Shown here: piece by piece, positions 34,771-44,690 of the stretch | How positions within the stretch are numbered: position 1 is the stretch's first letter | Layout: each line of letters starts with the position of its first letter | From: a virus | Taxonomy: Duplodnaviria; Caudoviricetes | Strand: one strand, 5' to 3' | IMG/VR virus record: IMGVR_UViG_3300048855_000061 | Coordinates: 1-51,091 of that record | DNA: 51,091 nt | Notes under the pieces: generated by a model | The model's database searches: none | What the model saw: the letters and a program-made list of their open reading frames with translations, nothing else | What the model was told of the DNA's origin: nothing | Position numbers and translations under genes: made by a program

Positions 34771-35283
34771 ATGATGAGCCTTCCACTGATTACCCTGGGT
34801 GGGGTTCCGATCGTTCTCCACGCTGGCGCCCCCGATCAATCTGATACGCCTTTGCTTGGCGAGACCGTTATCCGGCTCTCCGGTGGCGAAGGCGTGAAAA
34901 TGACTCATTGGGGCAAGGCGGCTGGCGCGATAACCGGCCAGGGGTGGATGCCGCCGGGCCTTGATGGACTGGATTACAGCCAGCCGCTCGAACTGCGGCT
35001 GACGTCGCAGGAGTGCATCGTTGGGGAAGGTCAGCTCTATACGCTGACAAGCCAGCCCCGACCGGACTCTGAGCCTCGAGCTTTTGCCTTGGTGGGCGCT
35101 GATTGGGCCGAGACCGCCTGTGATGTTTTCGACAGCACTGCGCAGGTGGGCCTGGTAGTGGGCGCTACGCGGTACATGGTCCAGTGGATGCCGGTGTACC
35201 GGGTCTTCGCCAGTAAGCCTCCCAAGTCCCAAAGCTCGGCACAGTCCACGTTTGGTTGGACGATCAACTGGGAAGAAGTCTGA
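34771..35283 (+). CDS. Minor tail protein (distal-tail position)
   Basis: First structural gene after tape measure; ends WTINWEEV. Confidence 0.75.
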   Translation: MMSLPLITLGGVPIVLHAGAPDQSDTPLLGETVIRLSGGEGVKMTHWGKAAGAITGQGWMPPGLDGLDYSQPLELRLTSQECIVGEGQLYTLTSQPRPDSEPRAFALVGADWAETACDVFDSTAQVGLVVGATRYMVQWMPVYRVFASKPPKSQSSAQSTFGWTINWEEV

Positions 35284-37091
35284 TGCTGATGAACGGATGC
35301 CCGGTCAATTCCGCCCCCGTCAACGGACTGCCCGGGGTTGTCGTATCGGCGCCGTCCCAGCCAGTAGTGCCGGGCTCGGCGTTTCGGTGGCGAGTGATAC
35401 TGACGGTCGGCGGTGCGGATTTCAGCACGCGTCTGACTGGGCAGGTCCAAATTGACCGGGAGCGCGGTGCTGCTGGGCTCGCGACATTTACCCTCCATAT
35501 GCTGCCCGGCTCAGTGCTGCCCATGGACTGGGTCGGCCGCGAGGTCGCCATTGATTACCTGACCGGCGCCCGTGGCAGCACAACCACAAAGCGCAGATAC
35601 ACCGGCCGTGTGGTCACCACGGAGTGGAGCCCGGTTACGCGGCTGCTGGTTTGCCATTGCGGTGACCAGTTGCAGCAGCGGCTGGAAGGCATGGAAATTC
35701 AGGCGATCGATGCGGTGATCCCGTCTTACTGGTCGGCGGATGTTTTTGAAGCCTTGGACGGACGAAGCCGTTGGGATTATGCGCAAGAGCGCCTGGGCAC
35801 GGTTCAGGCGAGCCTTGATGCTTCTCCCTCTGGCGAACTCCGACTGACCAGCTGGTATGCGGGCGCCGAACACTTTGCGTTCGGCGCTGGCACCACCGTT
35901 TATAACTCGGTGAAGCTCAGCTATGCGGACCTCACAAGCCTGACGAACAAGGTGGAGATCGAGGCCAGTTACCGCTTTCCTCGGCTACACCAGTTGAGCG
36001 AAGGCTTTCACTGGACTCACCCTGACACGTTCGGCCTAGGCGGCACGCAGGGCTTCTGCCTTTGGCGGGCAGACAGTACGGACCTTCCTGACGTCGCGAT
36101 GTTGAACGATGCTGCGTCCGGGGCCGGGTTGAGCATCGTTAAAACTCCGGGCTATACCCGTCTGCCCGGGAGCGGCGCGAACATTTGCGGCAACGGGCAA
36201 CCTTGGGTGAACTCGTTCCCTGATCTGTTGCTTGGCTTTTCGTTCATTGGTGCTCGCCGATGGACGCAGACGGTGACGGAGAAATACACGCTGTCTGTGA
36301 TTTGCGAGGCGAGCATCGAGCAGGCAGGGGAGGTGACCTCTCGCGATTCGTTGTCCCTCGACTACACCACCGACATCGCTGATGCGTGGGAAGGCACAGC
36401 CTTCGGCAATGCAGCCGCCCGGCCAGCCACCAGTGATGGCGCGGTCGGCATTGTTTCTGCGGGTGGTGGCTCGACCACGATCGGGCCAGTCCAGGACGGC
36501 GGCCTCTTTGGTCATGCTGACGTCCGTGATGAGGCCGCCCGCAAGGCTGCATTTCTTTGCGTGCTGAATCAGGCCAAGACGGCAGTCGTGCTGGCGCACA
36601 GCGCGACGACGATTAGCTGGGACGTGCCAACAAGCATGGTCCTCGACATCGACTTGATTCATACGCTGCGCATCAGCGACCAGGGCATTGAAGCCAGAGC
36701 TCGCTGCAGCCGGGTGCTGGACAACTTCGATCTCGCATCGGGCTCCGCACTCACCACGCTTTCCATCTCGGTGATGCGCGGGGGAGGTCAGGTCAGTGAT
36801 GAGATCGTTCCACCCGCTCCGTCCACCGTCCCACAACCTGATGATGCGGACAGCCCGCCATCAAAGTCGTTGGCTACACAGCTTGGCGGGAAGCCGGGCT
36901 CGCCTGCCTACGTCGAGACTTTAGACGGGTTCGCGGGCAACTACGACAACGCCGATCCGACGCAGGAGGAGTTTCCTCGCCGCCTTCAGATCACCGCCTC
37001 AGAGATTGATGCGGCTTCCCGCGATGAGAATGTCGTGGAGCTGAGGGCGACTTACCGCGTGGTGGTCCCCAACGATCTACTGGAGCTTTGA
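35283..37091 (+). CDS. Tail tip / hub protein
   Basis: 602 aa, coupled start, tail module position. Confidence 0.7.
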   Translation: MLMNGCPVNSAPVNGLPGVVVSAPSQPVVPGSAFRWRVILTVGGADFSTRLTGQVQIDRERGAAGLATFTLHMLPGSVLPMDWVGREVAIDYLTGARGSTTTKRRYTGRVVTTEWSPVTRLLVCHCGDQLQQRLEGMEIQAIDAVIPSYWSADVFEALDGRSRWDYAQERLGTVQASLDASPSGELRLTSWYAGAEHFAFGAGTTVYNSVKLSYADLTSLTNKVEIEASYRFPRLHQLSEGFHWTHPDTFGLGGTQGFCLWRADSTDLPDVAMLNDAASGAGLSIVKTPGYTRLPGSGANICGNGQPWVNSFPDLLLGFSFIGARRWTQTVTEKYTLSVICEASIEQAGEVTSRDSLSLDYTTDIADAWEGTAFGNAAARPATSDGAVGIVSAGGGSTTIGPVQDGGLFGHADVRDEAARKAAFLCVLNQAKTAVVLAHSATTISWDVPTSMVLDIDLIHTLRISDQGIEARARCSRVLDNFDLASGSALTTLSISVMRGGGQVSDEIVPPAPSTVPQPDDADSPPSKSLATQLGGKPGSPAYVETLDGFAGNYDNADPTQEEFPRRLQITASEIDAASRDENVVELRATYRVVVPNDLLEL

Positions 37092-37093
37092 CC

Positions 37094-37474
37094 ATGTCAC
37101 TCACGAGCGAACGCAAGGCAATCGGGAGCAGCATCGAGCAATCGCGGCGCGCGACAGGGAAACAGATCACCGACGATCTCAACCGCCTGATTTCGCCAAA
37201 GCCGAAGAGCAAACCGCTCGCCACCGTGCCCAAGCGAGGCGCTCTGCCCGCGCAAGCCGGTGTCGGCAAATACAAGGCGACCACTCCTGCCTCTACGGGT
37301 GGCGGTATCGCCTCGCCTCTCACTGAGCCTGATGTGAGTAAGCGGCAGTATTGGGACACCGGCCTGCAAAGCAGCGATGGTTTGTTCTTTCTTCCTGCCA
37401 TCAAGCAGCTATCGCTCACCGACAGCAACGGCGACCCGGTCGTCATCAACCTGGCCCAGCCTGCGCATCAGTAA
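37094..37474 (+). CDS. Minor tail protein
   Basis: GGGIASPLTE..SSDGLF; tail module. Confidence 0.7.
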   Translation: MSLTSERKAIGSSIEQSRRATGKQITDDLNRLISPKPKSKPLATVPKRGALPAQAGVGKYKATTPASTGGGIASPLTEPDVSKRQYWDTGLQSSDGLFFLPAIKQLSLTDSNGDPVVINLAQPAHQ

Positions 37475-37493
37475 GCGCGCCTCGAGGTACTGA

Positions 37494-37958
37494 ATGCGCT
37501 ACGTCAATAACTGGATCAGTCAGCTCACGGCTGACTTTTCTTCGGGCTCAACAGCGCTGCCGATCGGCGCCTCGTCTCTGGCCCTGCTGGGGGACGGCCA
37601 GTATCGGCTCACGCTGGTGAATTCGATCAGCCCCGTCGAACAGACAGCTTGGGAAATCATCCAGCTGACCATGGCCGACGGCGTCGCCACCGTCGTGCGC
37701 GGTATTGAGGGCACTGCGCCGCGCGCCTGGCCGCTGGGCTCATTCATCTACTGCGCTGTGACGGCCGGCGGAATGAATCAGTTGGCTACACAAATCGCGG
37801 ATCTCATTACTCGGGTCACCGCGCTTGAGGCTGCGGGGCCGGGTGACGGCGGCGATGGAGGTGGAGATGGGGGAGGGCCGCTTCCAAGCGGCGCACTCAC
37901 GGCAGCGAACGGGGATGCGCTCACTGACACACAGAACAACCAATTGGTAGGTGGTTAG
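37494..37958 (+). CDS. Tail-associated protein
   Basis: WEII..TVVRGIEGTAPRAWP..VTAG fibre-base-like motif, short coiled coil, Gly linker. Confidence 0.7.
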   Translation: MRYVNNWISQLTADFSSGSTALPIGASSLALLGDGQYRLTLVNSISPVEQTAWEIIQLTMADGVATVVRGIEGTAPRAWPLGSFIYCAVTAGGMNQLATQIADLITRVTALEAAGPGDGGDGGGDGGGPLPSGALTAANGDALTDTQNNQLVGG

Positions 37959-37960
37959 AA

Positions 37961-38827
37961 ATGGCTTCGATTCAGCACACGATTACGGCAACAGTAAACC
38001 CAAGCGCCGCGCCACCCAGTGTGGGCGCGCACTACAACAACACCGCGACCAAACAACGCTGGGTCTCGGCTGGAACTGAATCCGTCAAGGACTGGGGTCA
38101 TCCCCTGCCTGGCAGCGAATTACTGCTCGGGCTAGACCTGTTGGCTTACACTATCGACACGGGCGTATCGCGCGTCATCTGGACCATGGATGCGCCAGCG
38201 CAGCATGTAGTTAGCTTCGGCCAGCCTCCCACCGTCCCCGGTTACTATGAGGTTGAGCTGATCTGCGAAACAGTCCGAGCTATTGAACCGGTGGTCGGGG
38301 TAGATTTCGATCCCTCAGTCTGGATACAAGGCCTCAATTTCGATATCCCCAGCCAACTGTACATCTGGCCGGGCAGTGCCACGTTGTTCAAATTCGGCCT
38401 GTGGATCGCGCAAAATAGCGGCGCTCGACCGTATTGGCGGTTGATAGAGTCGCGACCCCTTGATGAGCCTAAGCCGGTGTTCGTATCTGCGGACGGGGCA
38501 GAGCGGACGCTTGTCCTGTCGGCTGCTCCGCAGACAATGTGGGATGTCTTGACCGATGGGCCTCCGAAACGTTTGGTGCTCCCTTCGCTGGGTGAAACCT
38601 TTTCCAACGATTTGTTCACCAAGGTCGACTTGGTCATCCGAAACGTGACCAATTATCCGTTGGATGTGACTATCGATGAGGACCTCGGTTTCCCGCTGCC
38701 AGGCGTCACTACCCTGACCATTCCACCGGGGGTGACGATGCTATATCGGTTGGCCTATTTCATCGGTCTTGCCCAACACAGTTGGTCGCTGCTAAGCAGC
38801 CATGAGCTCGCGCCGAAAAAGCCGTAA
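37961..38827 (+). CDS. Putative fibre/receptor-binding protein with a duplicated domain
   Basis: P..APPSVGAHY N-terminus, then two similar beta-rich units. Confidence 0.6.
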   Translation: MASIQHTITATVNPSAAPPSVGAHYNNTATKQRWVSAGTESVKDWGHPLPGSELLLGLDLLAYTIDTGVSRVIWTMDAPAQHVVSFGQPPTVPGYYEVELICETVRAIEPVVGVDFDPSVWIQGLNFDIPSQLYIWPGSATLFKFGLWIAQNSGARPYWRLIESRPLDEPKPVFVSADGAERTLVLSAAPQTMWDVLTDGPPKRLVLPSLGETFSNDLFTKVDLVIRNVTNYPLDVTIDEDLGFPLPGVTTLTIPPGVTMLYRLAYFIGLAQHSWSLLSSHELAPKKP

Positions 38828-38852
38828 GTCGATTTGGATACTTGGAGGAGCG

Positions 38853-40385
38853 ATGCAGCGAATGCTGGTGTGGCCGTGGCACGGCCAGGTCAAGAACGGG
38901 CTAATTCATCTCCCCAACGGAGCGACCAAGGCGTACACCCAGCCGCCCAATAGCCAGCGAGCATTGAACGCCGTTGGCGATACCCACCTGATCATCGTGC
39001 CAAATATCGCTGCGATTTCCGAAGAAGAGCAGGCCTTGGCCCCGCCCGGTGGCCAGTACTGGGCGGGCAGGGCGCTGATCACAAGCAGTCAGCTTTACAA
39101 CCAGCCGGTTGACGGATGGATCTATCAAGCGTTGGACGGTACTCGCTGGAAAGTGGGGTTGTTGCAACGAACGATCGGCGACACATCTACCAGCTTGCAG
39201 TTCTCAATCTCACGATTCGGAGCCTTTGGTGTTGCGCCTGACGTGCGCAGACGGACCGTCACGGTGCCTTTAGGCAGGCTGCCAGCGGAGGACCGAGCCA
39301 AATTCTTTGCTGACCTTGGTTCGGTGAACGCTGTGTCAGTTCAGCTCCACTCGGTCAGCACTTCGGGCAGAAACGCGGTTCTTGCCTGGTCAGCCTACAA
39401 CACCACTTCGGGTACTGACACTGACACCGATTTGCGAATGAGGCCTTACTCGTTCGCTCAGGTGACGCTGACCGGATCTGGCGTGACGCTTGGCGTCACG
39501 GTCTCTGTCCTTTATGGCTCGGATGAGGTCATGCACTTCAAGCAGGAAGTACTCGGGGGTGCGCAGAACCAGTACGCAGTGATGGGAGCAGGTAGCGAGA
39601 CGGACCGCGAGCCGATCTTTGACCAGCAGGGCACCCAGATCGGGGACAAGGTGACGTACAACTTTCCCTCATCCCTGGGCGTGCAAGAGGGTCCCGGCTG
39701 GCAGGGTCCGACGAGTTCGAGCACCGTCATTAAGTGGCTGGTCATGTTGCCGTTTGAGGGTGAAGAACCGTCTCCCTGCTATCTCGATTTTACCGACTCG
39801 TGGTCAATTGGCGGCGCCAGCTTCTCCGTGGTCACGATCGAGCCCCGCATTGCGAACGAGTACAACGACGGCAGCGTCAACATCGTGCAGCCGGGCTCCT
39901 ATTCAGTCTCCGGCGGTTGTGTGGCGGCCGGCAATGCCACCATCAAGTGGGATGGCCCGGGCGAAAACTGGGCGCAGGGGGTCACGTACGGGTCGTCCAG
40001 CTCCATCACCGGCAGTGTTCTAACTCAGGGCATGAGTGTTGATGACCTGCACGAATCGGAGTCTTACTCGAATGCCAGCTTCCGAAGTGCTCCGCCCATC
40101 GGCGGGTTTCTCGATGGACGCGCTATTGGGCGCGTGCCTGAGTTTGGCGCGGTGGTCGGGACCCTGCTGAAGCTGTGGTACTTCTCGATTTACAGCAACA
40201 ACCTCATCGCTGTCAGCCACCAGTTCAATCAGGATCCTGCGGTGTTTGATGGCGTGCTTACACCTGGTGGCTACCTTCCGACCTCCGGCAGCTATCCGGT
40301 AGACGACGTTCGGCACTACGGCAGCTTCAACCCCGCAACCCAAGAATTTGTTGTCGGCTCAACTTCGCCCGTCAACTGGATTTAA
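38853..40385 (+). CDS. Tail-associated protein
   Basis: GGAGGA site; WPWHG N-terminus; GSFNPAT..PVNWI C-terminus. Confidence 0.7.
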   Translation: MQRMLVWPWHGQVKNGLIHLPNGATKAYTQPPNSQRALNAVGDTHLIIVPNIAAISEEEQALAPPGGQYWAGRALITSSQLYNQPVDGWIYQALDGTRWKVGLLQRTIGDTSTSLQFSISRFGAFGVAPDVRRRTVTVPLGRLPAEDRAKFFADLGSVNAVSVQLHSVSTSGRNAVLAWSAYNTTSGTDTDTDLRMRPYSFAQVTLTGSGVTLGVTVSVLYGSDEVMHFKQEVLGGAQNQYAVMGAGSETDREPIFDQQGTQIGDKVTYNFPSSLGVQEGPGWQGPTSSSTVIKWLVMLPFEGEEPSPCYLDFTDSWSIGGASFSVVTIEPRIANEYNDGSVNIVQPGSYSVSGGCVAAGNATIKWDGPGENWAQGVTYGSSSSITGSVLTQGMSVDDLHESESYSNASFRSAPPIGGFLDGRAIGRVPEFGAVVGTLLKLWYFSIYSNNLIAVSHQFNQDPAVFDGVLTPGGYLPTSGSYPVDDVRHYGSFNPATQEFVVGSTSPVNWI

Positions 40386-40410
40386 TGACCCCTCGATATA
40401 GGAGCCAGCC

Positions 40411-41451
40411 ATGCAGCCGGCCCGGCAAGACCTGCCCGTTACTCCGGGAACAACTTACAGAGATACCGTGCGGATCATGCAGCCGGAGTTCGTGTATCGC
40501 GCGATCACTGGCATTGAAGGGGCGCCGGTGCAACTCACGGCGCCCGGGCATGGGATTTTATCGGACTGGCCGATCTGGGTGCGCGGCGTCCAGGGAATGA
40601 CCGAGTTGAACCGCGAGCCCACCCGCCAGCTCCCGGTCAAGGCCAAGGTGGTGAGTTCGGATGTGCTGGAGATAAATTCGATGTCTGCCGCGGGCCTTCG
40701 GCCATCGGGGGGCGAAATCATCTACCGCCGCCCGGTCAATCTGGCTGAAGCCGCCGCCGCAATGATCGTCTATCAGTCCGGTTTACCGCTCTTCACGCTG
40801 GCGCTGGGTTCGGGGCTGTCGATCGCGGCACCGGGCACCATCGAGCGCGTGCTGACCGCCGAGCAAACATCTCAGCTCATCGGCGAGGACCTGACCTACA
40901 CCCTGGACATCACGTATGCAGGTCCGACCGTAACCCGGTATTTCACCGGTGCGATCGGCAGCGCCTGCACGTCATGCGCCGGCGATTCTCAGGTGCTGAC
41001 AGTTGGAGAGCAGGGACCGCCCGGGGTTGGCGCTGCGGAGATCAGCTCCGATCCCAACAACCGGATCAACTTCGGTACCGACTTGAAGCTCTACGTTGGC
41101 GCTGACCCGGATCTGGTGTTTCAGCGCCAAGCCGGAACGATCCTCAGTGCCTTGCGCGTTGTGTACGAAAGCCGAGGCCGCGTCTATCTGCTCTCTGCCG
41201 ACGACGAGGCACATGCCGAACTGGCGCTGGGCCTCACGCTGACCAGCAGCGACCAAGGGGCCTCGGTGGCGGTCAAGCGCGCCGGCGCCGTGGACGATCT
41301 GACCTGGTCGTGGATTCCTGGCCAAGTCTGGCTGGGAGAAAATGGAAACCTCACACAAACCCCACCCGCCGCTGGCGTCGACCTTGCGGTCGGCACGGCT
41401 GTTTCAGCCACCCGGCTGGTTCTCGATCTGCAGCAACCCCTCTACCTCTAG
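40411..41451 (+). CDS. Tail fibre-related protein
   Basis: QPARQDLPVTPGTTYRD N-terminus, GEQGPPG linker, C-terminal domain resembling the next gene. Confidence 0.7.
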   Translation: MQPARQDLPVTPGTTYRDTVRIMQPEFVYRAITGIEGAPVQLTAPGHGILSDWPIWVRGVQGMTELNREPTRQLPVKAKVVSSDVLEINSMSAAGLRPSGGEIIYRRPVNLAEAAAAMIVYQSGLPLFTLALGSGLSIAAPGTIERVLTAEQTSQLIGEDLTYTLDITYAGPTVTRYFTGAIGSACTSCAGDSQVLTVGEQGPPGVGAAEISSDPNNRINFGTDLKLYVGADPDLVFQRQAGTILSALRVVYESRGRVYLLSADDEAHAELALGLTLTSSDQGASVAVKRAGAVDDLTWSWIPGQVWLGENGNLTQTPPAAGVDLAVGTAVSATRLVLDLQQPLYL

Positions 41452-41463
41452 GAGCTACACACC

Positions 41464-41979
41464 ATGGCAGCACAAGGTTTTATCGCTCGCGTAAACGGCC
41501 GCTTCAAACAGGTTTTCGCCATCCTCGCTTCAGCTGGCGCTACGGACGCCAACAAAATCCCGGCACTCGATGCGGGCGGCAAGCTCGATCTGAGTTTCTT
41601 GCCGAGCGGAATTGGCGCGAACAACGTCGTTGCGACTGCGTCCGAGGCGATCGCCGCTGGCAAATTCGTCAACCTGTACGACAACGCGGGTGTGCTTGGT
41701 ATGCGCCTGGCTGACAACAGCAACAACCGCGAAGCGTGGGGCTACACCACCGCCGCCGTGGCAAGTGGCGCCTCTGGCACAGCCTTCCGCTTGAACACGG
41801 TCAACGCCAACTTGAGCGGTCTTACCCCAGGTGGCGAATACTGGCTGGGCATTGCTGGTGGTGTGATTGCAGCGCCACTCGATCCGGCGACAGCCACTGG
41901 CAAAACGGATCAGTACCTCGGTCGCGCCAAGTCCGCCACTGAGCTGGTGACCAGCGAAGTCGACACGGTCCTGCTGTAA
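41464..41979 (+). CDS. Virion structural protein
   Basis: ASEAIAAGKFVN..ADNS..GLTPGGEYWL motif. Confidence 0.7.
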   Translation: MAAQGFIARVNGRFKQVFAILASAGATDANKIPALDAGGKLDLSFLPSGIGANNVVATASEAIAAGKFVNLYDNAGVLGMRLADNSNNREAWGYTTAAVASGASGTAFRLNTVNANLSGLTPGGEYWLGIAGGVIAAPLDPATATGKTDQYLGRAKSATELVTSEVDTVLL

Positions 41980-42677
41980 TGGCTGCCCGTCTTCCACTGG
42001 TCCGGATAGGTGGGCGGTTCCGGCAGCTTCCCTCAGGCGACTACGTTCCGGCCGCCGCCGGTGGGACGGGCGTCGGCTCGCTGGCGGACCTGAAGATTGC
42101 ACTGTCCGTAGACAAGGTCTCCAACACGGCAGATGCGGACAAACCCATAAGCACGGCTGAGCAGGCCGCGTTGAATACGAAGGTTGGGCTCACGGGAAAT
42201 GAGTCGATTGCAAATATCAAGGTGTTCACAGGTCAGTACACCGGATTTCAGTCTACCGCTCCCGGATTCTGGCTCGATGAGGTGGGCGGCTCTTACAGCG
42301 TCTACCTTGTGCTGGACGACAACACCCTCCAGTTCCAGAAAAGGGTTTCAGGGTTCGGAGGCCTCGCCCCGAACTTTCAACCCATAAAGCTGGATCTGAC
42401 AAACGACATTCTGACCATATCTGCTGACATCATCCCCCCGGGCAACAACGTCAGAAACGTGGGTACTCAGTCTGCAAGGTTTGCGGGAATAAATGGGGTT
42501 TTGGGTAATTTCAGCGGACCAGTTCAAGTTGGTCAATACACCCTGGCAACTCTGCCGTCCGCTGCGGCCTTCAGCGGTTATGAGATCGACGTCACTAACG
42601 CCACCGGCGGCTCTAAGCGCTGTCGCTCCAACGGCAGCGTATGGCAAATCCTCAACACCACAACCACAGTGAGCTGA
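41979..42677 (+). CDS. Tail fibre protein
   Basis: VSNTADADKPISTAEQAAL fibre repeat; YTLATLPSA..SNGSVW C-terminus. Confidence 0.78.
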   Translation: MAARLPLVRIGGRFRQLPSGDYVPAAAGGTGVGSLADLKIALSVDKVSNTADADKPISTAEQAALNTKVGLTGNESIANIKVFTGQYTGFQSTAPGFWLDEVGGSYSVYLVLDDNTLQFQKRVSGFGGLAPNFQPIKLDLTNDILTISADIIPPGNNVRNVGTQSARFAGINGVLGNFSGPVQVGQYTLATLPSAAAFSGYEIDVTNATGGSKRCRSNGSVWQILNTTTTVS

Positions 42678-42679
42678 TC

Positions 42680-43132
42680 ATGCCCGTATACAGCGAAGAG
42701 ACATTTAACTACGAGATCCTGCTGCGCTTCGGTGATACCGGTCTCAACAAGGGAAAGCTCACGGGGGCATCGCGCACCACGATCACTCAGACCACAAAGG
42801 ATGGCGTACCGATAGGCGGCGGCACGAACATTAATCCGCCAGAGCAGTTGGCGCTGATTGCCGAAGAAGAGGGTGAGATGCTCTCCTCGGTGCTGGGCGC
42901 GGTCAACGCGGCCACTATCATCGATAACCAGTCGCTGACAGAGGCGCTTATTGCAGAGCAGGGCAAGACAGCGAAGCTGAACAATGAGCTCATCGAGGTG
43001 CGCGCGCAGATTCAAGACCTGTCCGACCAACTCGCGGCTTCCAAAGGCGAGATCGCGCGTCTAACTGCGCCGGTCGCTGGCACTACGCTTGTTGCCGAAA
43101 ATGGTACCGGGGAACCGGTTGGAGCGGTTTAA
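42680..43132 (+). CDS. Hypothetical protein, possible fibre chaperone
   Basis: YEILLRFG N-terminus and C-terminal coiled coil; follows the fibre gene. Confidence 0.6.
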   Translation: MPVYSEETFNYEILLRFGDTGLNKGKLTGASRTTITQTTKDGVPIGGGTNINPPEQLALIAEEEGEMLSSVLGAVNAATIIDNQSLTEALIAEQGKTAKLNNELIEVRAQIQDLSDQLAASKGEIARLTAPVAGTTLVAENGTGEPVGAV

Positions 43133-43200
43133 ACGCTGTACATAGCCAACGAATCAATAAGCCTGCTTGCGAGCGGGTATTTTTTTGCCTGGAGAAAGTG

Positions 43201-43626
43201 ATGCCCGTGACTGACAAAGACCGTGACGTGCTGGCGAGAACCTTGTGGGGCGAAGCCCGCGGTGAAGGAATGGATGGGATGGTTGCGGCCGGGTGGACGA
43301 TCCGCAACCGGGTGAACGACGGTAAGCACCGTTCTTGGTGGGGCGAGGGGTACGCCGGCGTCTGCCAGAAGCCTTACCAGTTCAGTTGCTGGAACTCCAA
43401 CGACCCCAATTACCCATATCTCAGCGGCGCCAAAGAAATCCCCGCTGCTGAGTTCGCCAAATGCCAGCTCGCGGCGCAGCAGGTCATCGAGGGTGCGAAG
43501 CCTGACCCCACAGGCGGCGCGACCCACTACTACTCGACCTCAATGGCGAGCCCGCCGAAGTGGGTGGCTAGCGCTAAGCAGACAATAAGGCTTGGCCATC
43601 ACGTTTTCTTCAAGGATGTGCCGTGA
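43201..43626 (+). CDS. Endolysin, SleB/Hydrolase_2-like
   Basis: LARTLWGEARGE, QFSCWN, DPTGGATHYY and GHHVFF motifs. Confidence 0.9.
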   Translation: MPVTDKDRDVLARTLWGEARGEGMDGMVAAGWTIRNRVNDGKHRSWWGEGYAGVCQKPYQFSCWNSNDPNYPYLSGAKEIPAAEFAKCQLAAQQVIEGAKPDPTGGATHYYSTSMASPPKWVASAKQTIRLGHHVFFKDVP

Positions 43627-43742
43627 CATCAGCGTTTGGATGACTCCAAAACTTGGGCAAGGCTTTCGGATAGTGAAGTTCGCTGGTCCTTGATTAGGGG
43701 GGCACCGCCGGACCAGCTAAATGCCTCTCAGTGGAAATGACT

Positions 43743-44537
43743 TTAATATGATTTAAAATAGGGCGGCAATATGGCGCCAATTTGAGTGAGAACGCATATA
43801 ACAAGCCCCTCTCTCATCGTGGCCTTTATGATTCCGGCGCGTTCCAGATTTGCCAAAGAGTGCCCTATCCTTTCTAAAACGTCGGGGTGACTGTTGGCGC
43901 CATCAATTAACACTGTGGATACGAATTGAGGTATCCACGGCGAAGTCATTCTGTCCCCACTCATGGCAGTGTGTGTAACAGCGAAAGGCCGCCATTTTGC
44001 CTCAGTCGTAAGTAACGACATTTCCTGAGGAGTAAGCTGCTCAATCAAGGATAGCGCATATTTATGGGCCTCAAATAGAGCCATAAACTCTGAGTTTGTA
44101 ATGTGATTTAGCGCGGAAGCTAAGTGATTTGCTAACTCGAGGTCTGGCGGCGAATCGTCTTGAATTCTCAATATTTTATTGAATAAAATATTTCCTTGGG
44201 GGTTGGATAAGAATGCGACAAGTTCTGATATCTTTTCGGAGTGCTTATCTGATATTTCTAAATATCTCGATATAAGATGTTCTTTTTTTGCTTGCTTAAT
44301 TTCTTTTTCAACAGTTTCGTTCCAGTTAATTACTAAGCTCACGACTTCCGTTATTTTGAATAATCCGAGAGCTTTATCTCTGATCAGTTTTTTCCCAGTC
44401 TTTGAGCTAATGTCCGACTGGTCCTCTTCACTTAGACTTATCTGCTCAAGTCTGGATTCTAAGGTTTTTCTCTGCGCAGGGTAATAGTTTTCCGGGCGGC
44501 GTATTATTTCAGTCAAAAGCTCGTCGTTTTTGTTCAT
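43743..44537 (-). CDS. AT-rich hypothetical cargo protein
   Basis: 264 aa, helical, with a wHTH-like end (LANLERAGII..LTQIG). Confidence 0.75.
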   Translation of the reverse strand: MNKNDELLTEIIRRPENYYPAQRKTLESRLEQISLSEEDQSDISSKTGKKLIRDKALGLFKITEVVSLVINWNETVEKEIKQAKKEHLISRYLEISDKHSEKISELVAFLSNPQGNILFNKILRIQDDSPPDLELANHLASALNHITNSEFMALFEAHKYALSLIEQLTPQEMSLLTTEAKWRPFAVTHTAMSGDRMTSPWIPQFVSTVLIDGANSHPDVLERIGHSLANLERAGIIKATMREGLVICVLTQIGAILPPYFKSY

Positions 44538-44690
44538 GCGTATTCCAGTTGATACCTGATGTATTTGCGTCTTGAGCTTAGATCAGCCAATGATAATTTC
44601 CAGTTTTAGTCTGCGTATCTGTGAATTCATTCGAAGAAGACAGTATTTCTATGGTAGGCGCCGGAGTGTTCATCCAGTCTATCGTTGGCT

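Noticed and set aside
37838-37880. Gly-rich GGDGGGDGGG repeat
   Set aside because: Ordinary flexible linker in a tail protein.
37494-43132. Diversity-generating retroelement or invertible fibre shufflon
   Set aside because: No RT, no template/variable repeat pair seen, all genes co-oriented, and no adjacent invertase or crossover repeats.
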